DNA of 64,000 bases, taken from Antedon mediterranea (Eukaryota > Animalia > Echinodermata). Position 1 is the stretch's first letter. Each line of letters begins with the position of its first letter. The notes beneath the pieces were generated by a model that did no database searches, was not told the origin of the DNA, and saw only the letters and a list, made by a program, of their open reading frames with translations. The DNA lies in NCBI RefSeq assembly GCF_964355755.1, contig NC_092677.1, positions 11,864,101 through 11,928,100 on the forward strand, given 5' to 3'. The position numbers were made by a program, and so were the translations under genes. Below, piece by piece: positions 14,201 through 29,200 of this stretch.

Positions 14201-17200
14201 TCAGCACAGGTACATCTACCAACAACACATTTTCCTTCGTTTTGGCATTCTTGTTCACATGGCTTTTCTAAAAAATGATTTATACAATAATAGTTTTTAA
14301 TTGTATCCATATACATATATATAAAACACAATTGTCAGGAATGAAATCCCTTATAATTCTTTATCTTGATTTTAATCTTCCTAAACTATATAATTAACTA
14401 CAGGGAATAGAACATCATGCTTACCTCTTTCACATGCTCTTCCTTCATATCCTTCATCACATTCGCAAATTCCTAACTTACATACTCCATGGACACAATC
14501 GACCTCGCATTGCAATTCTAAAAAAAAACGCAAAAAAAGTTGTTTAAGTTTTTTCTTTTTTAAAAGTAGCTTTAAATTTGCAAAATAAGAATAGTAATAA
14601 CATATTATAATTTCTGTAAGGAAACTGTGAGTTACTTGTAACTTGGACTAACTCTACACTATCAAACTTTAAAAAAGTGTGATGTGCTCAAATATCGCAG
14701 TGATGTCATCGTGTCCATGGGCACATCACATTTTTGGCACAGAAAGTTTGATAGTGTAGACAGAGCTTTAGAATTAGAATTGAAATCAGGGCCATAGGAC
14801 TGGAAAACATGGTAAAGAGAAGAGAGAGAGAAACAACATGTTACCTGCTTGACAGTAGGATCCGACAAATCCAGGACTGCAGACACATTCACCAATAGAA
14901 CAGATACCACCATTCAAACAGGCTGGAAGGCATATTGCTTCAAAAACAAAATGTTTAAATGATGATTCAGTTTAGTTTAGAGTCAGTAAATGAATCATTT
15001 CCCTTAAATCGTTATTTTACCCATTGATTATGAATATAAGCAGAACAGAAAATTATTGATAGTGTGAACACATATCATTATGCTTTTCTACCTATTTCAC
15101 AAGAATCTCCTCTGAAGCCATCTGGACAGTCACATTCTCCTTTGTTGCACACACCTCCATTCCTACATTCTGGTTCACATGCTTTCTCTGTGAAACAAAA
15201 CAAAACATGACATGTTAGAAAATCAAACAGGAACATTCTATTTCTATATAGTTACAAAAATAGAAAGTTATTTTAAGAGGCTTTCAACCTGCAGTGGGCT
15301 GAAATGGCTAGCAATGATGATGATCTATATCATGATGATTGATGATAATTGCAAATTTTATACCTAATTGGCATATATCACCAGTGTAACCCTTTGCACA
15401 GAAGCATTTTCCCATTTGGCAAACGCCACCATTCAAACACTCGGAGATGCACAGTCTCTCTGAAAATAAAACATGACAAATATTAGTGCAAAATAAACTA
15501 GGATTTCAGACTTCTTGTTTGTTTGTTTTTCACACACATCAAAAAATACAGTTGTACATTCCTAATAAAACATAGATTAATTATAAAGAACTTTAATTTG
15601 ATTACAGTTATAATAAAGTGTCTTTCACTCCATCTCAAGGTTATGTCAGTCACGTATTGTACAGCAATGACTTTTCATTTTCACAACACACCACATGACT
15701 ACATGCATATCGAGAAAAAAAATAGGTACATAGCAGCATCATAATTCACTATAGCAACACCAACCTGATTGACAATAGCTTCCTGTATAACCCTCAGTAC
15801 AAGCACATTCTCCCAGAATGCATCTGCCTCCATTCTGACATGATGGGAAGCATGGAGCTGCAGATAAAAAATAAAATCAAAAACAGTACTAAATTATTTA
15901 ATGTAAAACTTTACTTTCCAAAAGTTTCTAAAGCAAATTTGCTAGTTTAGACTAGACTAAACTTAGTAAATCAGGCTTAAAATAACAAACATACCTTCAT
16001 TAACTTCCAGTTCACTAAATAACGTTCTTGTTCCAACTCTGTTTGACCCATCACATCGATACTCTCCCGTGTCGCCAATCATCACCGTGTGAATGGTCAT
16101 CATAGTGCCCCAGTCAAAGGTCATAATAAGGAATGCTGGGTCTTCTTCACTGACTGGTTCACCATCTTTGAACCAAATGTATTCTGGTTGAGGGTTGCCA
16201 ACAATTCGACACATAAAGATGGCTTGACCACCAATGGATATTGACTCATTCTTCATGTATTCCTCAATTCTTATGTACTCTGGCCTGAAAAATAGGTTAT
16301 AGTGTTTTGTTTTCATTATGACTGTGGCTAAGTAGAAAAGAACTTTGGATATCATAAATCTTAATACTTTAAATATTGAATGTACTTTTATACCTATATG
16401 ACAAATGATAACGACAATAACATACAAATAGCAAATTATAATTTTGGAATTTTTATAATTTAATTTATAAATAAACTAAGCACTTACTCTTGTGTTGTGA
16501 CTGGAATAACCGGCTCTGAAGATAAGAAACAAACAAGTTTATAAATTGCAACATTCATCATCATTTTCTAAAAATTGTTAAAATAACATCAACGTAATAA
16601 AAAAAAAGAATTAATTGTCAAGATATAAATGTATGATGATTATGGAAGGCCAAAATTGTCAAAGTAACCTACCTTGAACAACAAGTTGATGGATATACCT
16701 CATAGGTCCTGCCACACAAGAATAGTTACCACTATCACTGAAGCTAAGACCACGGAATGCCAAGTGACTTTCACGCAGTGTTATTAGATCACTACCAATG
16801 TGATAGTTGCCTGTAAAACGATTGAGAAATTGTACAAACAAAATGAAACAAATTATGAGTGAAAAATTGACATATCTTCTAATTTTCTTGATTTTACGTA
16901 GAGAAAAATAAAGCGACTATATAGACCAGCTAGCAATTTGTGGTTGTAAATCTGGAATGGCTAGACCAATCAGACTGTATGAATGTGAGGTAATTATATG
17001 GTACATGAAACTTACCATCGCTAATGGGTTCAACCTGTAGACCATCGGGTCCATACCATGTTGGTCTTAAGAAACCACTGGTTTCTGATATCTTACAGGA
17101 GTATCTCACATCTTCACCTGCTATAGGTTCCTTGCCAGTAATCTCCTCCACAGTTATAACTAGAGTAACATCTTATACGAGAAAACATACAGAGATTTTA

Positions 17201-20200
17201 TCAATTGAATGAGCTCATAGGCTGTGTGAGTGATGTAAACATATCGATCTTCTGTATACTCAATTTTAATTGTACTGTATTACATTCTTATTGAGATTGT
17301 GATAAAGATTTTATTTGATGTAATGCATAGGTTCTTAAATACCGCTATTTCAACAAATGGATCATTACTCATGATACACTTTTGTACATGCTTCTCCCCT
17401 AAGGGTCATGTCATGTCAGTGCAGTCACTGAAGGCCCTCTTTCTCTCTCACTCTAACATCTTCCATCTACTTCCAAACATCCTGTTGCAATGTTGAATAA
17501 CTAATATTAGAACTTACCACCTGGTATTTCACATGTTGTACCTCTGAATCCAGGTAAGCATTCGCATTTACCAAACACACACAATCCTCCATTCATGCAG
17601 ATCTGGTCACATGGAATAGCTGGAAAAACGATATTTATTTATAATTACACGAAAGTGCATTTTGTTAAAACTTTACCATTTCCATTTTTTTTTATATTTT
17701 ATATTTATCTGTTTTTTTATCATATTTGCCAGTCTTTAAGATGAATTTCTATTTTTATTTTATTATGATAATGGACAAAAAAAACATTTCAGTATTAACC
17801 TAAAAATCTTACCATTAACTTGCAGATCATATTCATCACGGAAGCGCCCTGCCATACATGTGTAGGTACCTGTATCCGTCTGGTGAAGGGGTGAAAAGTA
17901 GAGTTTGGTTGATAGTGGTGACAACGTTTCCTGCACCACTCGCTCATCAACACCTAGGAAAAAACAACAGGGTTAGAATATTTAAATGACGTTTCTAATG
18001 TACATAGTTGCGGAATAGAGGGATGCTAGAGAAAAATGTTCAGTTGCAAGGCAAACAAGAAAAATCAATGTGAATATCAATCAATAAAAATAGAAGAGTT
18101 AAAACTTACCAGCACTCAATGTTGGCACAACGTTTGAAAGAATATCAAACCATTGTGGATTGCGGAAGAAGCTGTTAGATGGGAGCTCACATACCAATGT
18201 CATGTTAGAACCTTCTTCATGATTTAGCAAGTCTGAATCCAAAATACGTATCACAAAATCTAAAGTGAAAATACACAATAAAATAAAAAGTTTTATTTTC
18301 ATTTAATGTAAATAACCAAATAGGTAGAGTGCATTCTGTTCTAGTAGTACAAAGAGTAGTTCAAAATAGTACATTTATCAATTTTTTTTTAAAATACTTA
18401 CCTTCTCTTTCACAGGCAATACCATTAAAATCTCTTGGACATATACAATTGCCTTTAGCACAAGTACCACCATTAACACAAGCTGGGCTACAAGAAACAT
18501 CTGTAAAAGAAAAATATATAAGCCATTGTAATAATGAACCATGATAAATTACATCCTAACCGAAGGACGGGCAACACTTGACAAAAATAATATGCAAGCA
18601 CAGATGGGTGTTGAAACCATGCCTCAAACATGCTAGTTTGATTTTTTAACCATTATTCTATAATAGCTCTCTACAACATGAAAACATCATCTTACCTGTG
18701 AGTGTAAATGTGTATTCAGCTTGTAGTGGTCCAGCTTTACAAAGGTAGGCCCCACTGTTCCTTACATTCACATTCTTAATAACAAGGGTTGATGTAGTTG
18801 CACTAACTGACTGTACATACAGGGATTCAATGCCACCTGTATAAATTAAAGGGGAAAAAAGAATTGACAAAAAATTAAAAAATTACTACATAACATCATT
18901 TTGATTATTACATTTTTAGCGGACTGAAATCATTTATTATATCTCGGAGTTATTCCACAATAGGAACATTGCTTTGTATTTATTTGTGTAGCAGTAATCA
19001 TATATTATTGCTTTATTATAATAACATAGGAATGTCTTCATTATAATTACCTTGATTAAGTGGGTAAATGATTTCACCAGATGGTGTTCTCCATTGTGGA
19101 TTCTTAAATGGACTGGCATCTGGCACATTACACTCCAGAATCAAGTCTTCACCTTCTCGTAATGTTGTTTGTGGGGTGATCTTGACTCTTAATGATTCCA
19201 CTGAAGTAAAACAAACAAAAACAATCTGGTTAAAAGCACATAAATCTTCACTTTGTGGCACATTTCACCTTGCTGGTATGAATACAACCAGTGGTACATA
19301 CACATCTTCTTGTTGAAATGTTGTTCTTTTAATATTAAACTTACATTGTGTTTCACATTGTATTCCAGTGTAGCCAGGTGGGCATGTGCAGACACCACGA
19401 TAACATGTTCCTCCATTCTGACATGGACGTGTACTGCAATCTCTTGTATCTAAATACAAAAAAAAATGTAGTTCAATTTATGTGTTCAGCATGGTACACC
19501 AGATATAAAATACATTTCTTGGAAATATAGAGTTGAGGTATATCTTATCCAGCATTTTCCCAAAAAGCAAAGAAACATCAATAGTCCTACCTTCTGCCAG
19601 CACAGTATAGACAGATGATAGTGGACCTGTTTCACACCTATAGGCTCCAAGATCTTCAACTTTAATATCGTCAATTGTAAGTCTAGTTGAAAATGGTCCA
19701 AGAATATCAACAAATACATTTCCAGCTCCTAATAAAAAAAAAACAGAAAGCATGGTAAACAATACCAATACTTTGACAACGCACTTTGAACATTTTTAAG
19801 TTAAGCTTGTGCAAACCAGAGTTCTGGACCCTGAGTTCCTTGCTTATGTACTAATACAAGAGTACAAGAATATTATCTAACAAGGAGTGTTAACTTACCT
19901 TCTGACTTCATTAGAACTGATCTTCCTTCAGGGTAGAACCATTGTGGGTTTCGGTATCTGCCTGGAGATGGTGCATTGCAGATGATAGATACGGTCTCAC
20001 CAATCTCAGGAAGTGTGGATGGTGGTATTATTGTTAATGCTTGGGGTGATTCTGTAAAAAACAAGAATAAAATAAAAGCTTAGTTTTATATACTTTATTG
20101 TATAAGGTAACTATTTTGTAAAAATAAAATGGTACTGGGTTTGGTCATCCATACATAGATGGTGACTAAGAGAGCAAGACTTTTTATAATTGTTAAATTA

Positions 20201-23200
20201 ATTAGATGATGCTTATTGTAATAATACTGATTTTGTGTTATATTGTGTAGTACATTAAGTATACTGTAGTTACCAAGATGTTGGCATTGGCTGCCATAGA
20301 ATCCAGCTGGACAGAGACAAGAACCATCCAGACATTGGCCTCCATTCTGGCAAGGTGGAACACAGTTTGCAACTGCAAAATAATACAAATACATATGTTA
20401 TTTGTTTGTATTCTTTTTATTCTATTCAATTTTACTAATAAAGATTTATATTAACTTACCATCTAATACAACAGGTACAGTGTCATTGACAGACCCAACA
20501 TTACAGGTATAAATACCCTGATCCTGAAGTTGAAGCCCCTGTATAACAAGGCGAGTGGACGTAGGTGAGGCATATTCAACATAACGACGAGTGTTAGCAC
20601 CTAAAAAGAGAATATTTAATAACATGAAATGTCACCAAAGAAAAAATTGGGCGTGGGTTGCTGTAAATTTTGGGATAACCCTACTAATTTGAATTAAGAT
20701 ATTCCATGTTCTTTAAAGTGCATAGGGTAATATACAAGTTCAAAACAAAATATTTAAGTATACCACACGGATTAAATTTATCATGTTATTTGTTATAAGT
20801 TGTATAGCATAAGTACCTCTTGTTGAAATTGCTGTTCCATCTGGTGCAATCCAGCTTGGATTGCGGAAACCTGTGACAGAGGCAATCTCACACTCGTAAA
20901 CCACATCACCATACAGTTGAAGATCAGTTTCAGAGGGGGTTACGAAGCGGATTACAAAGCCTTGTTCTAATTTGAAAAAAATAATAACATATTTCAATCA
21001 ATTATTTCAATCACTCAATTTAAAGTTTATCTTACAATTAAATTATTGACTACTAACATACAGATTGTGATGAAATTTAAATCTTTAAACAAATTTGGAT
21101 TAGAGAGCGAGTGGCCAAGCAGTTAAGACAGTGGAACCTTAATTACATAGCCATAACATCGGCAAGGGTTCGAGGCTCACTCGCTCCATGATTCTGGTGG
21201 TAGAACAAGTCTTCTCCTTTAAAGAACCTGTACATCTTTCGAGACAAGTATGTGGTTACCACGGGGTACTAGCTCACACATCCATTAAAAATTGTAACAG
21301 TATTGTTGAGTATTGATCGTTGGAATAGTGCTATATAAATTAAAAATATTATATTAAATTATTAGTTTACCTGTAGTTTGACATTGGTCGCCAATAAATC
21401 CTTCAGGACAGAGACAGTCACCTCCAAAACAAGTGCCTCCATACAAACATGGAAGTTGACAGGTTGGTTCTACAGAAACATTTAAACAAGAATGAATACA
21501 AAACAATTGTATACAGTCAGCTCTCCCATTACCAGACACCTTGATATGTCCGTTCTGGAAGGTCTGGTATTAGGAATGTGTTTTCAATGAACCTCAAGAA
21601 AAGTTTGGTTTTATAATACTGTTAGAATTTACTGTAGTAAAATGAATACTGGAAAAGCTTTGCCACACCTTCACAGTCCGATCTATTTGTGGTATCTATT
21701 TCAGAAGAATTAAATTACAAACCTGTAAGATTGACAGCGAATTTTCGACTGATATGGCTGACAGCACATGTGTACATTCCTTCATCCTCCGGTCTCAAGC
21801 TTCTGATATTTAGCTTTGTAGCAGTAGGTGATATCTCTTCAACGTGAATACGCTGGTCCCGGCTAAACCCTAAAGGTGAAATCTCGGAATGATCAGGGTA
21901 CAGCCATCTTGGGCTGCCAAGAGTAGGGTTTTCGGTCACTTCACAGAGGAAGCTTACATCTTGGCCAACGATAGGAGTAACATTGTCAACTGTTGTTATT
22001 GTGATAAAGTACTCTATATCTATAAAAAGAACAATTTGTGGATTAATCATATTTTACAAACACAGTACTTAAATCAGCAATACCATTTCAAATCAAATTT
22101 GATATATTACCAAAGTTTGTATACAGTGAACATGCCTATTTCTCCAACACAAACAACTAACATTTGACAACTCCATTCAAAATATTATGGTAAAAATAAT
22201 TTCTGGCATAAACATCTTAAAATAATATACGTTTACAATCTGTATTGTCCAAACATGTATATCAACTTATATAAAACTTTTAGATATTTAAAACTTTAAG
22301 AGATATAAAGCAGTATCTATATTTACTTGTAACTTGGCAATGATCACCATCGTAGCCTGGGAGACAATCACAGCTACCATCATTACAAGTACCGCCATTT
22401 TCACACACTGCTGTACACGGTGCTACGAAATATATATTTTGAAATTAATATCTATATTCATAGTGCTTTTCAAAGCATCAAATCAATGTAAATCATTGTT
22501 GTGATTGGAGGGAATAAATCACATTATGATCTGGTATTTTTATATTTAAAGATAAGTACTCTAAATCCTTACCACCTATCTCAATGTTTAAAGTGGAGCG
22601 GAGTGTTCCCACGACGCAAACATATCGACCTGCATCACTTGGTTGTAAACCATTAATTACCAGTACAACACCATTTGTTCCTCGTGGTAAAACTTCAATG
22701 CGTTCACCTGATGCAAAACAAAAAATTAGTCAAACAAACAAATAGTATATCTCCTGAGATTGATATTAAAATATTTGTTTCAAGTGTTTTATTATATTTA
22801 TTGACTAACCAGATACAATAGGTTCACCACTTGGCCCAACCCATCTTGGTTTTTCCACAGCAGCTACTCCAACCACTTCACAGATGTAACTGACAACGGC
22901 TCCCACTTGCACTGGGCCACCACCCACCTGAGTTACTCGCATTGGAGCATCAACATCTAAAAGACAAAACATTTCATTAAAGAAACATAAATATACCATT
23001 CTCTATTTTAAAACTCTTTGTCTTGATGTATTGTACACAGGCCTATCTTCTTTACTTTTCATTGATTTAGTATACTTATTATTAATAATTTAAAAACAAA
23101 CTTACATGTGTCTGAACAAGATATACCATGAAAACCTTGCTGACAAAGACAACTACCATCAACACAAACACCGCCATTCAAACAGTCTGGGCTGCAAGCA

Positions 23201-26200
23201 ACTAAAATGGTAAAAAAATTACAAATATTTTTATCATTTACACATGTTCTTTAATATCATAGATGTTTTACAATAATTGCCTTTCTGTTCAAATTAAACT
23301 GAATTCATCTGAATGCATCTAAAATGGAGACCCATAATAAAGTTATGACTTACATTGTTGAGCACAGTGTTCACCGCCATAGCCTGGGCTACATCTGCAC
23401 ACACCACCAACACAGGTACCTCCATTGAGACAAGGTTGTCCGCAACTTACTAAAACAAGACATACAAAAATGATTTCAACCATCATAGAAATTTACAAAT
23501 TACACAATCCATAGTATAATAATATAAAGTTAAGCCGATTAATTTATTAAGTACTGAATAAAGGTTAAGTAACTATTAGGAGCTACTTATACTACTTGGA
23601 AAATGTGGTAGGGTGGCCAGGTCCTTCTAACCATCTTATCCTCCCTAATATTTTACTCATTTACAGTAGATTGGAATTAGAGTGGAGGTGAATTGAGCCT
23701 AGATCTTTCTGTATGATAGTTAAGTGTCGTAAACACTTGGCTACAGCAACTCCTTTCACAATTAACATACAAACATGCCAACAAACTAACCTAGTGTATT
23801 TAGTTGTTCATAGACAACCTGTACCCTTCCTGCTTCACAACGATACATGCCCTGGTCCTCTGGTTGAAGGTTGCGAATAACAAGCTTTGTAACAGTTGGG
23901 CTCACATTTTGGATGTAGACTCTCTCAGTTCCTATGAACAAAAGGTTTGAAATTTAATTTTTGCACACACATTTGCTTTAGATAGACTACTATATTTGGT
24001 TATTTAACAAAAGTTACACTTTTATTAGGCCTAGTAGTAGTTTTAAAAACAATGTCTTTATACCTGATTGTTGGGGACCAATTATGCTGTTCTGTGGTCC
24101 ATACCACAGAGGGTGAGTTACTCCTGGACCAATGACTTCACAAACAACATCATGTGAATCACCAATTGCGACGCCTGTCCTGCTTGGAGTCAACTTAATT
24201 GTACCTCTTGCTGATTCTACAAAACACAGTGACATTATTACCAGAAAAAATAAATGAAAACAAAAATACTGAGACAAGTAAACATGTAAATAAATATATA
24301 GCTAAATTCCTACAATATACATATATTTATACAATATGGCATATATGTATTCTTTAGTGCAATTCTTAAGAATAATATGAGACTTCTAGAATATGATTGT
24401 AACTGTACCTCTCTGGGAACAGGCAGGTCCAGTCCAGCCAGGCATACACTCACATCGAGTACCAACACAGAGTCCACCATTTACACAAGGTGGGAAGCAT
24501 CGAGCTGTTCACAAAATGAAATTAGCTACTATAATCAGTATACAATCCCTACCTAAAGTCTTTTTCACACAAGCAACTCATTACTAATGAGCTTTCATAA
24601 GTAATCAAACATGTTGTCTGTTACACTTATAGAACAAAGACTACTTACTTGATGGTTTAAACTGGATCTTGACGGTATTGATTGTATTACCTGTTCTACA
24701 GGTGTATGTACCTGTATCACTAATACGCACCTCATTCAACACTAAAGTACTACTGTATGGTGATGACATTACTGTATGCAGGTGATCATCCCCACCTAAA
24801 CAATAACAAATAAATACAAAATATAAACGTTAGCCTGTAAAAGGACTTATTTGATCAATGAAATAGCCTACTATTTCAAAGAGAGTATTTTAATGTACAA
24901 GTTCACATTGTGCATTAAGGAGCTTTTGATTTGCGACAATCGATAACCTAGGCATTCATGAGTTGTCTGATCATAAAAATCACCAAAACTGTCCAACATA
25001 AATCATTTTGTCTATTGTACACCAGGGTAGGTTAACATAAGTATAATAATTACCTAATCCAACGGGGTGGATGAGTTGACCATTTGGTGCGATCCAAAGA
25101 GGAGAAGGAGCACCTCTGCGTGGGTTCAGTTGACATGTCACGTTCATGGGCTCACCAAGCTTATATCCACCACTTCCAACTAAGTTAGGAAGGTCTGTTG
25201 GAATTGCTGAAATAAATTTTAGAATCTACCTTTATAAAATGAAGCTGAAAACAATCTTTATTTTAGACCGTTTTACTGTTAACAATGTATTCCAGATTTG
25301 TTTCCTTTGAAGGGGTGTCCATACATAGGGATCTCACAAAATAGAAATGTTTATGTTTAGTTTATGACATTTTCAGAACAAAAGTAGGCAACTACTACTA
25401 CAATATTTACCATGGTATTGACAGTGCCCTCCTTGGAATTCTGGTGGGCATTGGCAATGACTGTTAATACATCTTCCTCCATTCAAACATGGTTTTGTGC
25501 ACCCATCAACTAGGATAAAACATTTCAAATTTATTATAACACAGAAGTATAATAAGACTATATACAAACAATTTCTAAATTGTTGGTCTTAAGCGTGGTT
25601 TCCACTAGGATGTAAGTGCAACGCAAGTAATTTGACCAACCAAGCTTTAAACTCTGTCTACACTATCAAACTTTATGTGACAAAACAAGGTAATGTGCCC
25701 ATGGATACGATGATGTATTGTAATAACATTAGCATATTTGGCCACATCACACTTTTTTGACAAACTAGTTTGGCTTTAGTTGTAAACGAATACAGCAGCA
25801 AAAAAATATAAAAACAATTTACCATGGATGAGAACAGTGAATGAGTTCGGCAGCGAATCAATCATACAGTTATAAATGCCTGAATCTGTGTCTTGAAGAT
25901 CTGTCAGTACAAGTCGAGTAGCTGAGCTACTCAATGGCTCTACATAAACACGTTGGTAGGTACCTTGACAAAAAGAATATTAATAAGATATTCACATTTA
26001 GAAATGTATTGACAATATGTATAGTTGTTTCATTCCTGGAATTTGCAACATAGGCATGTGTAGGCTTAGTTATTTATCCAAGTCAGGGTTACCTACTCAC
26101 CAATGTAAGCAATGAATGATCCATAAAGCCAATTCAGGTACATTTAACTAAGCATGAACAGTCCAACTTACTGATGGTACTGATCTTAATTGGTTTCCCG

Positions 26201-29200
26201 ACACAAAATATTCAAACATAACTTATACAAAGATGTTTTTAAGAGCTAATTTGCATACCTGGACTCTGTTCCTCAATATATCTGCCATCTGGTCCAGTCC
26301 ATCTAGGTGGTTGCATGTTATTCTTACCCTCTATGGTACAGACCATACTAAATGTATCACCTCTGCTTAGTGGCGACTGAACATTTTGTGGCTGAATCTT
26401 CAGTTGGAAACCAGAGCCCTCTGAATAGCAATATTATGGTTATCATGATTCAGATGTAACATTGGTAATAATGTACAAAAATGGACAGATAGACGACAGA
26501 CAAACAAACTTACTTCAGTCACCTGTATGTGAAATCCCGACAATTTTGAAACTATAATAAAAATCTGCCTCATAATTGGACAATTTGTGACTTCGTCTTC
26601 AATCCAATTTCAGTATTAAATCAAATTGCAGTTTTATGGTAAAATCCCTACCTCGAATATTACAGTATTGTCCTGAATAACCTGCCAGACATTCACAAAC
26701 ACCAGTTACACAGCGCCCTCCATTCGCACATGGCAGCAAACAGACTCTTGCTGTAAGCAAACAAGGTGAAAATAAATTACAAATTTTCATAAAGAAAACA
26801 TAATAATTTATATATAATAATAGAATTCAGGTAAGTATAAGATTATTCTATTGGAAACCAAATTATTAGAATGCAGGAATTAATAAATGATAACCAGAAT
26901 TACCTTGTTGATTGACATTAATGGTGAGGTATTGGTTGAGCGGTCCAACGGAACATGAATACGTGCCTACATCATCTAAAGATATACTTCTGACAATCAG
27001 CTCTGTTGCTGTTGCTGTCTTTACTAACACACCCACCGACTGTCTTGAATCTGAATCCATAAGAAATCCAAATATATCAAATAAGTAAACGGAAGATATT
27101 GTGTTAGAAAAAAAAAGTTATTGTTTGTAATTTGTGTTTCTTGTTGCTGATCGTTTATTCATGTTTTTTAGTCGTGTGCAACGCGATTCTACAGCTCGCT
27201 ATGTTGGTCGGTCCTTGAGCACACGACTGCAGCGATATATAAGGCCTTGTTCTTTTGAAATCTGAACTTTCCAGCCTTAGTTACCAATGTGAAATTTAAT
27301 GTTCTTAATAACCAAATTACAAAAAAAACACGACAAACAATGTGTACTAACCTGTAGATAACCGTGGGATCAGATTGCCTCTAGGATCCCTCCATTCAGG
27401 ATGAGGTAGTCTGCTACTACCTATCACTTCACATATAAAGCTCACTTCATCACCAATAGATGGCACTGAACTATGGGTTCCTGTAATCTGTACCCGTACT
27501 CCCTCAACTGTAATTAAATTATCAATTCATTAATACAAAATAAACATCACAATATATATACATAACAAAGATGTTTCTTCAGCACCACAGAGAAGCTTCT
27601 TAAACTCACCTCTCTCCTCTTGTCTTTTTTATGAACTGTGCACTGTAGGCTTTAGATATAATGCGTTTTTCAATTCAATTCAACACAAACAAATAAAGTT
27701 ATATTGATCAACTGTGCAGATACAGTACATAAGTGCAGGAGTAATTTTGTTTCTAATTTTGATAATATACAGTATATATAGTATTTAAATAAATTTTACT
27801 TTCTTCTTTAAATAATATAGCAGTTATCATGAATGCTAAATAAAAGGAAGGATGGGGGAAGGGTTTATCGGAAATCAACATTTAATAAAGTTAATGAATC
27901 AGGAATGGATATTGTCATTCATCCAGGTAGTATTAGGTTTAGAAAATAATTCAATCTAGTTGATGCTACTAGACTAGATATAATTGTTTTCCAAACTTAT
28001 GAATCTTAAACTAAAAGTAAACGTAAAGAAATATGAACTAAAAACATAATACATTTAACTCTTTTTGAAAATGGTTCAAAATGTCAGATTCTCCCATAAA
28101 CATGTTATAAGAACTTCACCAAATAGTGAACTTCAATTTAATCACAGCCTAAAAAGTGAAGCATCTTGGAGAGGGATCCTCAAATATGAATGTAGCATTA
28201 TCAGCCAGATACCCAGTTATCAGTCACACAACACTATTGGATTTTCCAGAAGATTTATGTTTAAGATTACATTTTAAAATTATGAAAACATTTTCGACAT
28301 TGTTGAGGAGGGTTTTGAGTTTCCGGATGTTTAATTTTGGAAGAGTTGTCTGCAAAACGAATATGAAAGGAAGCCATACTGTAGAGGAGAATTAATGATG
28401 ATCTAAAGATGATTTGATGATATAAAAGCAAAACAAATGAAAACATTTTAAAAAGTCATTCTAAGGGAAGGAAACATCTTCAAGCAAAGGGAAAAGGTAT
28501 TGCAAAGGAATATGTATTGACAAGACAATAATGTTGAAACTATATATAAAAAAGTAAATATATGGTATTATTATTATGCATTTTACCATGCAAACCATCA
28601 AACAATATTACATAAATGATATTTTGTATATATAATAATACTGTAGTATAATATTGTAATTGTGCAACTACAAATATATGAAAGGGGTGATGATTTGAAG
28701 CTGACTCAAGACTACCTGAATACTGGCAGTAATTTCCAGCAAAATGTGTAGTACAAGTGCAAATATCTGGTCCATGACATCGACCACCATTCTCACATGG
28801 TGGGTCACAAGCTGAAACGAAGGGCCATATTAAAGAACATGCAAACAGACAAATAATTCTACCTTGTCCAAAAATAATAACCTTATTTCTACCTCCTCTA
28901 ACTGACAAATATGACAAACATACAGTTACTAATTTATTCAAAAGGTTGTAGTATTTTGTTTAATCCTTAATAGTCAAAATGAAATGTAAAAATTGACATT
29001 AAATACAAAATATTTCTACGGTGATCTTCAGTTGAATACAAATAATATAAAAAAACACTTGTTTTACCATTAAAAATGTATATATTAGCATGGCTGAAAA
29101 ATATATTACATTAATAATGGAAGAGTCTGTATAAATTACCTTGCATGTTACAGAAATCGCCAGAGAAGCCTTCAGCACAGACACACCTTCCATCAATACA

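Noticed and set aside
21105-21188. tRNA-like sequence with A/B boxes and an acceptor stem
   Set aside because: No convincing anticodon arm, and it continues into a body shared with other dispersed copies. It is a SINE head, not a tRNA gene.
27830-28530. Intron segment that looks more coding-like than its neighbours (ORFs 28065-28277 and 28156-28395)
   Set aside because: The frames I tried after candidate minus-strand acceptors hit stops, and I recognise no domain. It may be a decayed element but cannot be supported.
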